DNA of 63,977 bases, filler included, from Porpidia crustulata (taxonomy: Eukaryota): assembly GCA_964255105.1 (NCBI GenBank). It is 3 parts of 3 records of this genome, joined end to end, with 100 filler letters (N's around TTAATTAATTAA, not from the genome) between each part and the next. Parts side by side here need not be neighbours in the genome. Positions count along the whole stretch, not along the records: positions 21,825 to 43,523 come from CAXUWE010000100.1; positions 43,624 to 63,977 come from CAXUWE010000117.1; 1 more part is not named here. One strand, 5' to 3'. Numbering within the stretch: the stretch's first letter is position 1; every line of letters starts with the position of its first letter. Below the pieces are notes generated by a model. It was not told the DNA's origin. It worked only from the letters and a program-made list of their open reading frames with translations, and did not search any database. Shown piece after piece: positions 40,222 to 52,604 of this stretch. A program made the position numbers and the translations under genes.

Positions 40222-41762
40222 ATGTCCGGTGCCGGATCTGGCTCTTCATCCTCGAAGGGAAGACCTTTGACCAAAGCTTTCTCGAAGATTGATCTTGATG
40301 GCCACGATCTGCCTCCCTCGCCCGCACCTTCAAGCCCTCGGAATGGCATAAAGTACGCCTTTGCTACAGAGTTAGTATATACCGAGGGGAACGATCAATA
40401 CAATGCGAGCAGCACGCCCATATATCAGGTATGGTGCTTGTAATTACAACTGATATCGAAATTGCTTCCACGACTTAGAAAATCTTCAAAACCGGCTTTC
40501 AATCTTAATAACCGTTGGCTGACCTCTTTCTATCAATAGTCTGCTACTTTTAAACAGGCGCCTGGAGGGGGCCCTGGCGAATACGACTACACAAGGTCCG
40601 GCAATCCCACGAGGACACATCTCGAAAGACATCTCGCCAAAATCATGAGTGCTGAACGCGCCCTAGTCGTTTCCTCTGGGATGGGTGCTCTAGACGTAAT
40701 CACGCGACTCCTACGGCCTGATGATGAGGTTGTGACAGGGGACGACCTCTATGGGGGAACCAACCGACTGCTGAAGTATCTCGCCACCAATAACGGGATT
40801 ATCGTTCATCATGTTGATACAACGACCCTTGAGAAAGTACGGCAGGTCCTTGGGCCGAAGACTGCCATGGTACTCCTAGAAAGTCCAACAAACCCTTTAA
40901 TCAAGATTTGCGATATTCCCACAATCTCCAAGCTTGCGCACGAGGCGAACCCCAGCGCGCTGGTGGCTGTGGACAACACTATGCTTTCACCTCTTCTACA
41001 AAACCCTCTGGACCTAGGTGCAGACATAGTTTATGAGAGTGGCACGAAATATTTGTCTGGTCATCATGATCTCATGGCCGGTGTAATAGCCTTCAACGAT
41101 AGCGCCCTTGGGGAGAAGCTCTTCTTCACCATCAATGCCTCTGGCTGTGGTCTTGCACCCTTTGACTCATGGCTACTCATGCGAGGCATCAAGACGCTCA
41201 AAGTTCGCCTTGAGCAACAACAATCAAATGCCCAAAGAATAGCGGAATTCCTCGAAGCTCATGGTTTCAGGGTTCGATATCCTGGCCTCAAATCACACCC
41301 GCAATATGCACTTCACAATTCCATGGCGCGCGGCGCTGGTGCTGTACTATCCTTTGAAACCGGTGATACTATCGTCAGTGAGAGAATCGTAGAGGCGGCA
41401 CGACTGTGGGCGATTAGTGTCAGCTTTGGCTGCGTCAATAGCCTGATCAGCATGCCTTGTCGGATGAGCCATGCCAGCATTGATGCGAAGACTAGACAGG
41501 AACGAGCGATGCCTGAGGATATCATCAGGTTATGTGTCGGCATTGAAGATGCTGATGACTTGATTGACGACCTAAGCAGAGCAGTAAGTACCTCTCCGCC
41601 CTATCGCTGTACTTGGCTAATGGTATATCAAAGCTTGTTCAAGCTGGAGCAGTGAAGCTGACACCCGATGGCGGATTTCATGCCAATGGTATCCCAGAGG
41701 TAGTGGGCGAAGAACCGCCATCCACAAACATATCATTCCTTCGCGAGGACCCAGCTTTATAG
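40222..41762 (+). CDS. STR3: Cystathionine beta-lyase
   Basis: Motifs TPIYQ|SATFKQ, YDYTRSGNPTR, LESPTNP, VDNTM, the PLP lysine motif ESGTKYLSGHHD and IIRLCVGIED. Introns about 40429-40539 and 41584-41633. Confidence 0.93.
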
Positions 41763-42042
41763 ATTTAGATATCCATCATGTGAAACCAGATGTCAGTACA
41801 AGAACTACCCCATATCGCCCGATTGAAGCCCTAAGGACTTTACAGCTGCAGTTGTGGTACAAAGTGTGTTATCGTTTTAGGCCTAGCTTAGGTTGAGCGG
41901 AAACGCCGGTAAAATTCCTCCGTCATCGGCACTTCAGCAAGCAGCATCTTAATTCCTTACTTCTTACAATCGCGCGACGAGCAGTTCATTTCTTTGGTCT
42001 TTCCATGGATCCAATCATCACGTGCCGTTTACATTACTCCTC

Positions 42043-43035
42043 ATGAGCTCCAACGTCTCACAAAACGTTGGTCATGGCAAGATCGAGAGCAATCCTCCCT
42101 GTGGTAGTTCGCCAACATCTGCCACAAGAATGCGAAATAGCGTTGCAGATACTTCTATAAAAGAGACCAGATGGAATACAGAAAAACTGCCCTGGCGAGT
42201 CACTTCTGACCTCGCTTCTGCAGCGTGCGCGTCTGGCCTCATTGCGCCTCTCATAACTATCATTGACCGGTACCTTCCCTTGTTTACTCCGGCAGCAACC
42301 ACATGAGCATTACCTCCACAAAACGCTGACTTCAACAGCGCCATAATCGAAAATGCTGCTTCTCGGTCTACCATCCGCTCTTCCATGCTCGCTTCCCTCA
42401 GAATTCTCCTCACCCGTCCTCATGCCTTCATCATCTCCCGCCCGTTCGCCCTAATCTCAACCCTCTACTTTGGCACCTACCTCACCGCAAATACAATCGA
42501 CACCCTCTCCTCTACATTTTCAAACACCTCTCCCGAGTCCACCACCGCGGGATCCTCGAAATTCCTCGCCACAAGCGCCGTCAACATGTCACTCTGCCTC
42601 TACAAAGACCAACACTTTGCGCGTTGCTTCGGCGCTCCAGCCATGAGCGGAGCCGGCGCCGTGCCCAAGGCCAGCTACGCCCTGTTCGCACTGCGCGACT
42701 CCCTCACCATCTTCGCCTCCTTCAACCTCCCACCCCTGATCGCACCCATCCTCCCAATCTCCAAGGAAGCCGAAAAGACCATTTCGAGGGCCAGCGCGGC
42801 GCAATTCCTGGCGCCGGCGGGCAGCCAGGTGTTTAGCACGCCGCTGCAGCTGTGGGGCCTGGATCTCTACAACCGGCCTGGCGTGGGCGTACGACAGAGG
42901 ATGGCCAGGGTCGCGAGGGATTGGGCGGGTAGCACGGTCGCCAGGATGGGAAGGAGCGTTCCGGCTTTTGGGGTGGGCGGGGTGGTGAATGCGAAGCTGA
43001 GGAGGCGGATGCTGGGAGGGAGAGAGGAGGTGTAG
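42043..43035 (+). CDS. Membrane protein with mitochondrial-carrier-like repeats (uncharacterised fungal family)
   Basis: DLASAACASGLIAPLITIIDR|AIIEN across an intron at about 42270-42338; LFALRDSLTIFASFNLPP, STPLQLWGLDLYNR and PAFGVGGVVN. Start codon uncertain. Confidence 0.65.
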
Positions 43036-43523
43036 AGCGCATTGTTTACCCTTTTTTTGTGCTTCTTGTTCGTTAGTTTTTGAACGCGAGCATTCCACGG
43101 TGTTTCAGACGTTACGTATTCATAGAAACATAGCGTTGGCGCTTGGGGATCGAGTCATGTACACGCATCGAGCACGGGTTCAAAATAGACGGTTCCTTTT
43201 CTTTTTTTCTCTTTTCCTTTCTCTTTTAGAAAATAGACTCATTGGCCATTCAAAACACGCGTTCATCCGCTTTACCTCGCCGAATCCCTCATCCCCCTCT
43301 CCCTCTCCCCCTAATCACCTTATAATGTTCACCCAAAAACCAGATCCTTTGCATTTCCACGCATCACTTATCATTTCAACTGCACATACACAGAATTCAT
43401 ATTTCGAAAAAAAGTTATACCAGCGGTAGCAGCAGCAGCAGCAGTCACGCGATATGATGTCTCACAAACCCCCTCCCTCCGCGGATGCTATGGTTCTTCT
43501 GAACCATATATCTATCTATGCTT

Positions 43524-43623
43524 NNNNNNNNNNNNNNNNNNNNNNNNNNNNNNNNNNNNNNNNNNNNTTAATTAATTAANNNNNNNNNNNNNNNNNNNNN
43601 NNNNNNNNNNNNNNNNNNNNNNN
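43524..43623. other. Artificial scaffold linker (44 N + TTAATTAATTAA + 44 N)
   Basis: Same construct as at 21725-21824. Confidence 0.95.
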
Positions 43624-43840
43624 GTCCGTGCCCCCACCCGCTTCCCCCATTCAACAAAACCCAACGACGGCTCAAAAAAACTCGTTGAAATCGTGGCCGC
43701 CCTTCATTCGCAACGCGCCATGTTCTTGGGGGAAAAAAAACAACTCAAACAAGTTTATTCCGTTGCGCCATGAGAGATCAACCACGCTTGACGCTCGACG
43801 CTTTCGATGTAGGAAAAATCTAGAAAAGATAGAAAAGAGA

Positions 43841-46800
43841 CTACTGGTGCATATAATTATAACCCCCCTGCTGCTGCCCAGGTCCCCGCGGCGGCATGTA
43901 CAGATTCCCCATGTTTGACGCACTCGGGCTGTACCCCATCTCGGGCGTCCCGGGTCCGAACCCCATGGCGGTGGCGCTCGCGAGCGGTTGCTGCTGCGTC
44001 GGATATGACGTCGGTGGCGGGTTGGCGCGGTACGAAAACAAGGGCTGGGCTTCGGCGACGGCCGGGAAGGTTGGCTGGGGTTGTTGGGTTTGGGCGGTAT
44101 AGGTCGACGGATAGTGGGAAGCGTCGCCGGGAAGGGCGTAGAGGGGGCCGGTGGTGGTGGATTGGGAGGGAGAGCGGAATTTGGTGAGGATATTCTTCGG
44201 GGAGCGGGTGAAGGTGTTGCTCTTGTTGGTGTTGTTGGACGGGTCGCGGAATTGGGAAGGGGATTGGAGTTCTTCATATTTGAAGCCAGGGATCGAGGCG
44301 TTGGCGTAGGGGTTTCCGCGAACAGGGCCCCAACCGACGGGTTGGTAGTTGGGAAGTGCATAAGTGGAGGAGGCACTTGCGCTTCGGTGGACGGATGTGG
44401 AGCTTTGGTTCGATTGGTTAAAGTAACTTTGTTCGGACTGGAGAGGCGGGTAGGAAGAGGGACTTGAATTGACAGCGTTGGAATTGCCATGGCCTGTTGG
44501 ACGTGGGCTAGCGGTTGTGGGAGACATGGTAGTTGTATTGCAGATGTGGTTTTCAATTGGGCTGATGATGGTATCGGATGAGATGTTCTGCTGGTTAATC
44601 ACATTCAACACAGGCATGCTAATCTGCTCCATGTGCTTGGCCAAATGGACGGTGAGCTTCTTCCAACTGTTACAGATATTCCCGCAAAACTTGCATGTCT
44701 CGTCTTTTGGATTCTTGGTTGTCTCATATCGACATTCGTCAACTAGCCTCCAGACAATATCAACACCATCGTTGGCATCTTCTTTGTCTTGGGCTTTTGT
44801 CCGGGCCTTTTGAGCAGAAGGTCCTCGGACGGCAGGCTTTCCCGGCTTGGCGACCTTGACCTTGGGCTCGGGCAGCTTATGTTCACGGACGAGATGCTGG
44901 ACGAAATTATCTTTCCGGTAGCATTTGTGTGTGCAGTCACGGTAGTTACACGTCCACCACTCCAGCTGTCTATGCCGTTCGTTCTCATGTCTCACCCAAT
45001 CTGCTTTGCGCTTGAACGACTTAGGATCGGCGCAATGTTCAAAGGTGCATGTAAATGGTTGCACGTCTTCATGGACATGCTTCGACCAATCTGAAGGCTT
45101 GTGGAACTTCTTGACTTTGAAACACAGCGAACACTCAAATTCGGCAGGTAAGCGCTTGACCGGCGGCATGGGAACTCCTGGAGGGAACTGCGCTGCAGTC
45201 ACGACCCCATCGGCCAATGCGCTGGAATCGTCGTCGGAACCACCCAGCCCCGAAATAGAAAAGCCGGTGTGGGATAGTTCAGGCTCCTTGGTGCTAGCTT
45301 TGGAAGGTAGGTACGTCGGCTCGCCTCCAAGCTCAATGCAATGCTTACGCGAATCACACTTGCGTGCCTTTATCGCCTGAGAATGCTTGACTTTGAAATC
45401 GACCAGTTTCTTGTAGCGTCGTAGCTGCTCCTGGGCAATCCGGTCAATCAAGAACTTCGGCAGGCGGGGGTTCAATTGTGAAACATTCGACCTAAAACCT
45501 TCCAAAGTAGGTACAATGGGGTCGAGCCGAATGGTGAGATCCATCGTGACTCCTCTATCTTCAAGAACTTCATCTTCGTCTTCGTCCTCTAGATCTGCCG
45601 GAAGCGCCGAATGTGCTGGCATCTCGCTTTCCTGGTGTGGCGTGGCAAGCGTTGGCATTGGTGGTCCTCCTTGCTTGGTCCACAATTCGGCTATTTTGGA
45701 CTGAGAGGGTGATGTAGGCCTCTGCATATCACTTCGGCTTCTGCTCCGTTTCATCACGTTCTTGGCTGATGCCCATGGACTGGAAGGAGAAGCCATTGTG
45801 CCATTTCCAGCGCCATTTCCGGGACCGTTGGCGGAAGCATTGTTCTGCTGGAATGTGGCCGCTGCTCCGTTGGTATCTATTCTTGCAGGCCATGAATTTT
45901 GCATCATCGACGGCGATACAGCATGGCCTTCTGATTCGTGTCGACTTCCAAAACTGTTCTTCTTCTCGCTCTCGACCACGGCAGGTCGTACATCTTCCTG
46001 CTTAGAGTTGTCGCTCTGATTTCGCTTGAGGTTACTGCCGTCTCGTCGCCTGGATAGCAATTTCGCACCAACTTGTTCGAAGAAACCCCGACGTTTCTCA
46101 TCTTTTTCTTTGTCCTGGGATACCTGTTTGAACGAGAGGTCATGGAATAGACCTTCCAACCCCCCGTCACTGAGCCGACGTGTGCCCCAGGTAGCGGCTA
46201 ACGAGACTGTCTCGAAATCTTCGGCCCGTTGCTTGAATCTCATCATGGCGTCATTCGAGGTCACAGGTTGGATTTTAGACTCGGGATCATACGAATCAAG
46301 CAAAGAGTCCTGCCAAACTCGCATGCGGTCTGCGGGGGCCTGGTTGACGGCTTCGTCCAAGGCTTCCGGAGACTGTACAATATCCGGCGGAGCCGGCAGA
46401 TCCGGCAAACCCTTTTCATCACCGGTGTCGTACCCCTCGTCGTCTTCATCATCCTCGTCACCGCTTTCTATGTCAAGCAACAACCCAGGCCCAGGTATGT
46501 GTGCATCCGGGCGTGAGGGCTTCAATCCTCGAATGTTTGCGTGAGATAGACTGTGATCTCCTGCGCTTAGCGCTCGTAGTCGCGGCTTGTGTGCTGTGGG
46601 CTTGGTAGGTTTCGACTTGTTGGGATCGGCCACCCGGCCCTCAGGCCCAACGGCGCTTCTCGACAGCCAGTCCTCAACGTCTGCTTTCTTCAATTGTACC
46701 TCGGCAGTTCTTTCCTGGTCTTTGAAGTTGGGGACCCCATTGCCACTAAGCTTGACTCGTGCCTCCGGATCCAGGCCGCCTCTCCCATTGACCGATTCTG

Positions 46801-47893
46801 CCTCGCCTTCATCGCTGCCTGCATGGGTAGATATTGGTACCGCAGTACCTTGTGAGTCCTGCCTACTGCTGTCATCGTCATCGTCTGAGCTGTTACCATC
46901 ATCTTGTACAGCGAGGTGGGTAGGCGATTGACTGCCTGGGCTCCGTTTGAGTCCATGTCGAAATGACGGGCCCACTGCACGAGATGGGGAGTCACCGCGA
47001 CTGTAATTTTCCACAAGAACACGGGGGCTTGGGACCGGGAAACTGTTCGACACTGCAGGCCCAACTCCCGAATCATTGGGCCCGCTTTGTAGACCCAGTC
47101 CATATTGCATCTGATTTGAAGAGGTGCCACTGTAGCCTGGGTATCGGGGCTGGCCGAAAAAGGCCGAGGATACCTCGTTGGAAAACCCATTTATGGTTGG
47201 ACTCGTCCTTTCGTCTCTTGATCCAGGACTTGCGGTATCCGTCAACATCGGGCTCATGAGATGCGACGAGAGTGTTGCTTTTCCCGACGACGCCCAGTTC
47301 TTGTGTTCGGACCCGCGATTGTCGTAGGACCCGATGCTGATCGATCCCGGCGGTAAAGCGCCGACTTGCTCTGGCGAGCGACCTGAACTCAACTCATAGT
47401 CTGGATCGAGCAAACCGTAGTTGGTCTCGAGATAGAATTCATCGTCAACTTCGGGGGTCACCGAGTGATCGCTTGGTTCGGTATATCCAGTGTCGGACAG
47501 ATAAGGAGCATGCGGGCTTAGAAGATTATTCGGTGTACCTACGTTTTGATAATCCTCGTGGGACTGGGCAATGTAGGAGGGGTACAGGCTGTCCGCATTC
47601 GAAGGAATTGGTGGCTGCTGATATGGCTGATTGTAGGTATTTGGAGGCGATGATGTAGGGTTTCGATGAAATTGACTTCGAGGAACTTGGTCGATGAGGT
47701 TTGAGTTGGCTGGGGATGAAGAGGTGTAGTACGACTGTGGGTTTGCTAGGAGATTGTTCGCAACCGGCATCAATCTTTCGTCGCTCGGCGATGATGGAAA
47801 GAATGGGTCATAGTCGGTGTGGTCATTGAAGCCTACTGGATGGACACCCTTGGTCATGTTGACGGGCGCCGTGGATCCAGCAGCGGTGTACAT
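43841..47893 (-). CDS. C2H2 zinc-finger protein (putative transcription factor), 1350 aa
   Basis: Tandem fingers FECSLCF...WSKHVHED, FTCTFEHC...WVRHENERH, WTCNYRDC...FVQHLVREH and CKFCGN...LTVHLAKH, flanked by low-complexity regions. Confidence 0.88.
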   Translation of the reverse strand: MYTAAGSTAPVNMTKGVHPVGFNDHTDYDPFFPSSPSDERLMPVANNLLANPQSYYTSSSPANSNLIDQVPRSQFHRNPTSSPPNTYNQPYQQPPIPSNADSLYPSYIAQSHEDYQNVGTPNNLLSPHAPYLSDTGYTEPSDHSVTPEVDDEFYLETNYGLLDPDYELSSGRSPEQVGALPPGSISIGSYDNRGSEHKNWASSGKATLSSHLMSPMLTDTASPGSRDERTSPTINGFSNEVSSAFFGQPRYPGYSGTSSNQMQYGLGLQSGPNDSGVGPAVSNSFPVPSPRVLVENYSRGDSPSRAVGPSFRHGLKRSPGSQSPTHLAVQDDGNSSDDDDDSSRQDSQGTAVPISTHAGSDEGEAESVNGRGGLDPEARVKLSGNGVPNFKDQERTAEVQLKKADVEDWLSRSAVGPEGRVADPNKSKPTKPTAHKPRLRALSAGDHSLSHANIRGLKPSRPDAHIPGPGLLLDIESGDEDDEDDEGYDTGDEKGLPDLPAPPDIVQSPEALDEAVNQAPADRMRVWQDSLLDSYDPESKIQPVTSNDAMMRFKQRAEDFETVSLAATWGTRRLSDGGLEGLFHDLSFKQVSQDKEKDEKRRGFFEQVGAKLLSRRRDGSNLKRNQSDNSKQEDVRPAVVESEKKNSFGSRHESEGHAVSPSMMQNSWPARIDTNGAAATFQQNNASANGPGNGAGNGTMASPSSPWASAKNVMKRSRSRSDMQRPTSPSQSKIAELWTKQGGPPMPTLATPHQESEMPAHSALPADLEDEDEDEVLEDRGVTMDLTIRLDPIVPTLEGFRSNVSQLNPRLPKFLIDRIAQEQLRRYKKLVDFKVKHSQAIKARKCDSRKHCIELGGEPTYLPSKASTKEPELSHTGFSISGLGGSDDDSSALADGVVTAAQFPPGVPMPPVKRLPAEFECSLCFKVKKFHKPSDWSKHVHEDVQPFTCTFEHCADPKSFKRKADWVRHENERHRQLEWWTCNYRDCTHKCYRKDNFVQHLVREHKLPEPKVKVAKPGKPAVRGPSAQKARTKAQDKEDANDGVDIVWRLVDECRYETTKNPKDETCKFCGNICNSWKKLTVHLAKHMEQISMPVLNVINQQNISSDTIISPIENHICNTTTMSPTTASPRPTGHGNSNAVNSSPSSYPPLQSEQSYFNQSNQSSTSVHRSASASSTYALPNYQPVGWGPVRGNPYANASIPGFKYEELQSPSQFRDPSNNTNKSNTFTRSPKNILTKFRSPSQSTTTGPLYALPGDASHYPSTYTAQTQQPQPTFPAVAEAQPLFSYRANPPPTSYPTQQQPLASATAMGFGPGTPEMGYSPSASNMGNLYMPPRGPGQQQGGYNYMHQ

Positions 47894-49262
47894 ATTCGGT
47901 CGGTGACGATGATAATGCTGTCACGGTGTCGTCGTCAAGGAAGATGACTTCTCGCGTGCGCAGTAAAGTTTTGAGGATACGGTAGCTGTAAAGCGCGGCG
48001 TAGGCAATGCGATCTACATCTGGGATCAAGACCGAGAGTAGATTCTGAAACACATACCAGCAGGTTCTGGGGAGTCCAGTACTGTTTCTGTTCCGCGTGC
48101 TTCCAAGAACAGACACAGACTTGGCTTTAGTGAGAGCCGGTGGGGCGGAGGATAATGAGTAGTGTCGATTGGCAACAAAGTGAGGCGTGGCACAAGGGAT
48201 TATGAAAGTTGACGATACCGTGGTCTTGGGAGCGTTCAGAGGCTCTAACACTCAGATACCGTGAGAGTAACGAATGTGTCAGGCTGTCAGGTACAAAGAT
48301 ACGGTGGGGGGTTACCAATGGTCATCGATACCCGGAAGGACAGTGAGAGAACGACTACTGCCAAATATACTGGCACACTTCCAGGATACTATAAGCACTA
48401 AGCGTATCGGCCTGTCAACTGAGGACAAGGTGATACAATTGATATGATTTATGAAGCACTACTTCAGATAATTGATTGTATTACCATGCACGGCATCCTC
48501 ATCGTCCAAAAATCCAGTAGTTAGTGCAAGGCCGCCAGATCGATGATTAAATAAGAGACACATGAATTCAATATGTTACCTACTCTATTGTCCATCTCTA
48601 CTCTAGCGGGCTCACCGCAAGGCTCATCTTCTCCCCATCCACTGAGCGCGCACCACCACCACTCTCTAGCTGTTTCTGCTCATCCAGTGACACTTCCCAC
48701 ACGCGAGAGACAGGTGGGAAGGGTAGCGCAGGGCTATGGGGCAGACATCACGCCAAGGCAGAAACGGGGGGGAATCACCAATCACCACCTGATCAGCCTC
48801 ATGCTGAGTCATGCGATAATCTCTCGCTCGATGGCGTGGTCTCCTATACGCATTCAATGATAGAATCGAGAAACACCCAGTTGCCTATTTGGATGTGGAT
48901 TATCTTGAAGCTTGGATCACGGAGAGAACAATCGAGTCTTCGAGGTCCCGTATTCCCTTAATTTTTAATGTTGTAAACTCGCATCATCTTATTATTGTAA
49001 AATACACTACATCCCGGAAAGTCCCGCCCTGTCTCGTGAGATTACTGTTTGTGGCTGTGCTGCTATGCCTTCCCCTCCGCCCGATTCCTTGTGATCAGGA
49101 TCAACATGCCACCTACACTGTCCACAATCCGTGTCATGAACAGCCCCGTAGTAATCATTCCAATCCGGTAATGCTGCAGGAGTGGTAGTTCAGATGAAAG
49201 CCTCAGCGCTGAATGACAGCACTGAACGAACGGTTCTTGGTAGCGTCCGTGGGCCGACCGCT

Positions 49263-52200
49263 CTAGGGTGGGATCTGCCTGCGCGAACTGGTCGACTGTA
49301 TAGCCGCCAAGTCTTCCACAGGCGTTGCCAAGGTTGATGGTGCTGCCCCATTCATCGGCTCCGACGTGGGTGGAGCGACCTTGACGCCGTCGAATGGTGG
49401 CTGAAGTGTAGATAACAGAGGTAACTCCGTGACCAAAGGCCATTTGGCCCCATTGCCGGTCTTGAGGGGTTTCATTTTGCACTCTTGAGTATCGATTCTA
49501 AGTGTCGAGGTATCCCTTTGATTACTGAGGTCTGTGCAAACTGAGGTCTTCCGCTCTGAGACATTATTCTTATCCTGCCCCTGGCCCTGCTCCTGCTCCT
49601 GCTCACATCGGTTGGGGAGGAGCAGAGGGTCATCAGTATACAGCATGCGACCTGAAGTGTATACGCATTCTCGACTGTCTTCTTTCAACTCTCCCCGAAG
49701 CTCTTCAGGTATAGGCTGCTTTTCGATGACTGGGAACAGCGGTAGTACAACTTCTCGCGACTGCTGCCCTAATGACTTTGCACTTGTAGAAGGTTCACCA
49801 GCATGCTCGGGTTCAAGAGCTCCCCGACGCTTTTGATCGGATAGCGAAGCAGTAATGACCCCTTTTTCCAATCTCGCATATCTCCAGGTCTCCACCGCAA
49901 GCTTCACGATTCTCCGGATACCCACGTTGATTGAATGCCAATTCGTGCTATCAGCGAAGAGTTTGACTGCCGCGAAAATCCGATCTGCAACAATTCCAGC
50001 AGCCGTGTTGATAGACTGCTTTGAGTTGGAGCTTGTGTAGGCTGCATGGAGGATATGTTGCCGGAAAATTGTCTCTCGCTTCGCCGACTTTTCCCGTAGG
50101 CTTGCGGACCATTCAGTGATCAGGTTATCCATCGATTTGCGGCGCACGGCCAGGGTGAAAAGAAAAGGTTCAAAGATTTGTTGTGTGATAGCGTTGGAAA
50201 CGAGGTGCTCGATATACGCCACTCGAAGCTGTTTCGAGCAGTGCATATTTAATAGGATAGAAGGTAGTCTTGTGGGTATCTTCCCAAGCACTTCGTCCGG
50301 GGGTCGTCGTACGGGGCCATCTCCAAAGTATCGCGCTGCGAGGTGCGAAATTTGACTCTGTAGGGAATTGAAGGCATCGTAGCTATCACCATCAATGTCA
50401 GCTATCGCCAAGCCCTTGAAGATTCCACGAGACTGCTTGAAAACATGTACGAACCTGCGATCAAAATGTGAGACACAGTATGGAATGATCAAGACAGCAT
50501 CGTCAACAGCGTCGACTTACTAGAATCCATCTCCTTTGGACTTGAGCTCCGCGATGTTTCCAAAGGTCTCGGCCAGTTTCTGCAATTTGACATTCTCGTC
50601 GTTCAATTTTTTGGCAGCAGCTTTGAGCTCTGCCGTTGCCTTGTTGTATTTGGATCTGTCACTGTCCCAGCCTGCCTTGGTCCTCTCCAATTCGCTCTGC
50701 AACTTCATATAACTATCTTCCGCTTGCTTTCGGATGCGTGTCTCGGACTGCCTATACGATCTTTCCAGCTCGTCTCGATCAATTTGATTCTGAGCGATGA
50801 GAACTTTCCTTTGCTCTTCCGTCCCTTTCCCAAGCACGGTTCTCTCTTTATCCCAGGCTTCTTTGTGCAGCTGCTGTTTCCTTTGGTCCTCTTCGAAATT
50901 TATCTTCTTCGCTTCTAGTGCTTCGTCCAAATCTTGGCGCATCCGAGCACTACTGTTTTCAAGCTCACGTCTGCGACGGGACCAACCTTCCTTTTCTTGG
51001 GCATGAGTTTTGTGAACTTGGCCCAGTTGAGCCTGCATAGTCGCTTCTGAGTCTCGGGCCCGCCGAATCTCGTCCTCAAGGGTCCGCTGTTTTCTGGCGT
51101 GTTCTTCAGACATCTTTTCCTTCCATATTTCGAGTTTCCGGTTCATTGTCACCTCTTTTTCCTGCAATGCTCGTTCGGCTTGCTGTAGCCTTACTTGGAG
51201 ATCTCGATGTACTACTTCCAACTCAACTCTCGACTTCTTCTCAACGACTAAGCTATCTTGAAGACTCTTTTGCTTTTCCTCCATATTGCCAACCTCAAGC
51301 CTTAACTTACTACTCTCTGCGGAGTATTTATCAGAGAGTACCTGAAGTTCCTTGGCTAGCTGCTGTATGTAGCTTTCTTTCTGTTGAAGTGCTGTCGCCT
51401 TCTGTGCTTCTGACTCTTTCATCCGTGATTCTCGTTCGCCTAGAAGGCCCGAAGTCTCTCGGTACTTGTTTAAAAGAGTGTGTAAGTCAGGTATAGCGCT
51501 CTGTATGCGTTGCAGAAGTTCAACAGCGTCATCTTCTGGACCATGGCTCTTTGAACCTGTGCCCGCAGACCATTGAGTGGAGTCCATTGGATACGATGAC
51601 GGTGGTACCACGCCTGGGAAATTAGTACCCGAAACGCTTGTAGACGAACTCGGAGAGCTATGCTGTGCTGGTGGACTTCTAAAACCTGGAAGGGGAACCT
51701 GCCCCTGGTATGGGAGCTCGCGGGGTGGATGGTATGGTTGAAAATCCATGGGTATATCGGCAGATTGCGGCATTGGAATATACTGCGGTCCGCCGTAAGA
51801 GGCCGCAAGGAAGTGCTCGCTTGGACCTCCCGTGTGGAACGGTACCAGAGGTCCCGCTACGGCTTGAGCTCCAACGTAAGCCAAGCTCTGAGAGTAAGGT
51901 TGAATCGCGTAAGGACTTGGCGCAGATACTGGTGGGCCCCAAAATGGAGATAGAGATGATGGTGGTGGCGATGGTGACTCAAATGGAGCGTTTGCAATTA
52001 ACTTTGGTGATGGCGCTCTAAGCGGATCTACTACACGTGTTTCCGAAGGGTTTGCAAAGAAGCTGGGAGATGTTGATCGAGGATGAGCTTGATCTTTTTC
52101 CCATCGAGAGTCGATTGCAAGTGGCGTTGCAGTATGTGAATCGTAGAATTTGTTAGCCGGCTCAGCTATAGCAAAAGAGAGAGTGGGTGAATCTTCGGAT

Positions 52201-52604
52201 TGTTGAGTGGCTGATGCGACCCTGGTCAAGGTGTCGCTGCTAGGTTCGTCGTCGTCGTACTGTAGATACGGTTGCAAAGCTGCTGGAGTGTGTATGTGTG
52301 CTATTGATGTCAGTGAATCCGTGGAGCCACGGGTAGAGGATCTCGCACGAAGTATTGGCGATTTTATTGATGATGGTGACTGGGTTCCAGACTCGGGCAA
52401 AGGAGGGAGCTGGTCATTTGGCACATTCCCTTGGGTATAAGTGGAAGTAGGGCGCGATGTTTGTGGCGGCGATCTGTTGCTTGATCTCGATGATTCTCTT
52501 TGTCTTTTGCCACTGCTACTCGCTGTTGTGCTACGAGCATCTTTATCTTTGGTACGACGTGGCCGTACAAAGGCATCCGCGGTCTTGTATTCGTAGGGCA
52601 TCAT
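49263..52604 (-). CDS. Hypothetical Pro/Ser-rich plus coiled-coil protein
   Basis: A 703-aa and a 409-aa ORF join as SKGDGFY|YDAF through intervening sequence 50383-50520. LLQRIQSAIPDLH is followed by a long E/K/Q/R heptad region. Confidence 0.7.

Noticed and set aside
43672..44556. 294-aa alternative-frame ORF and antisense ORFs overlapping the C2H2 gene
   Set aside because: Shadow ORFs of GC-rich, low-complexity coding sequence.
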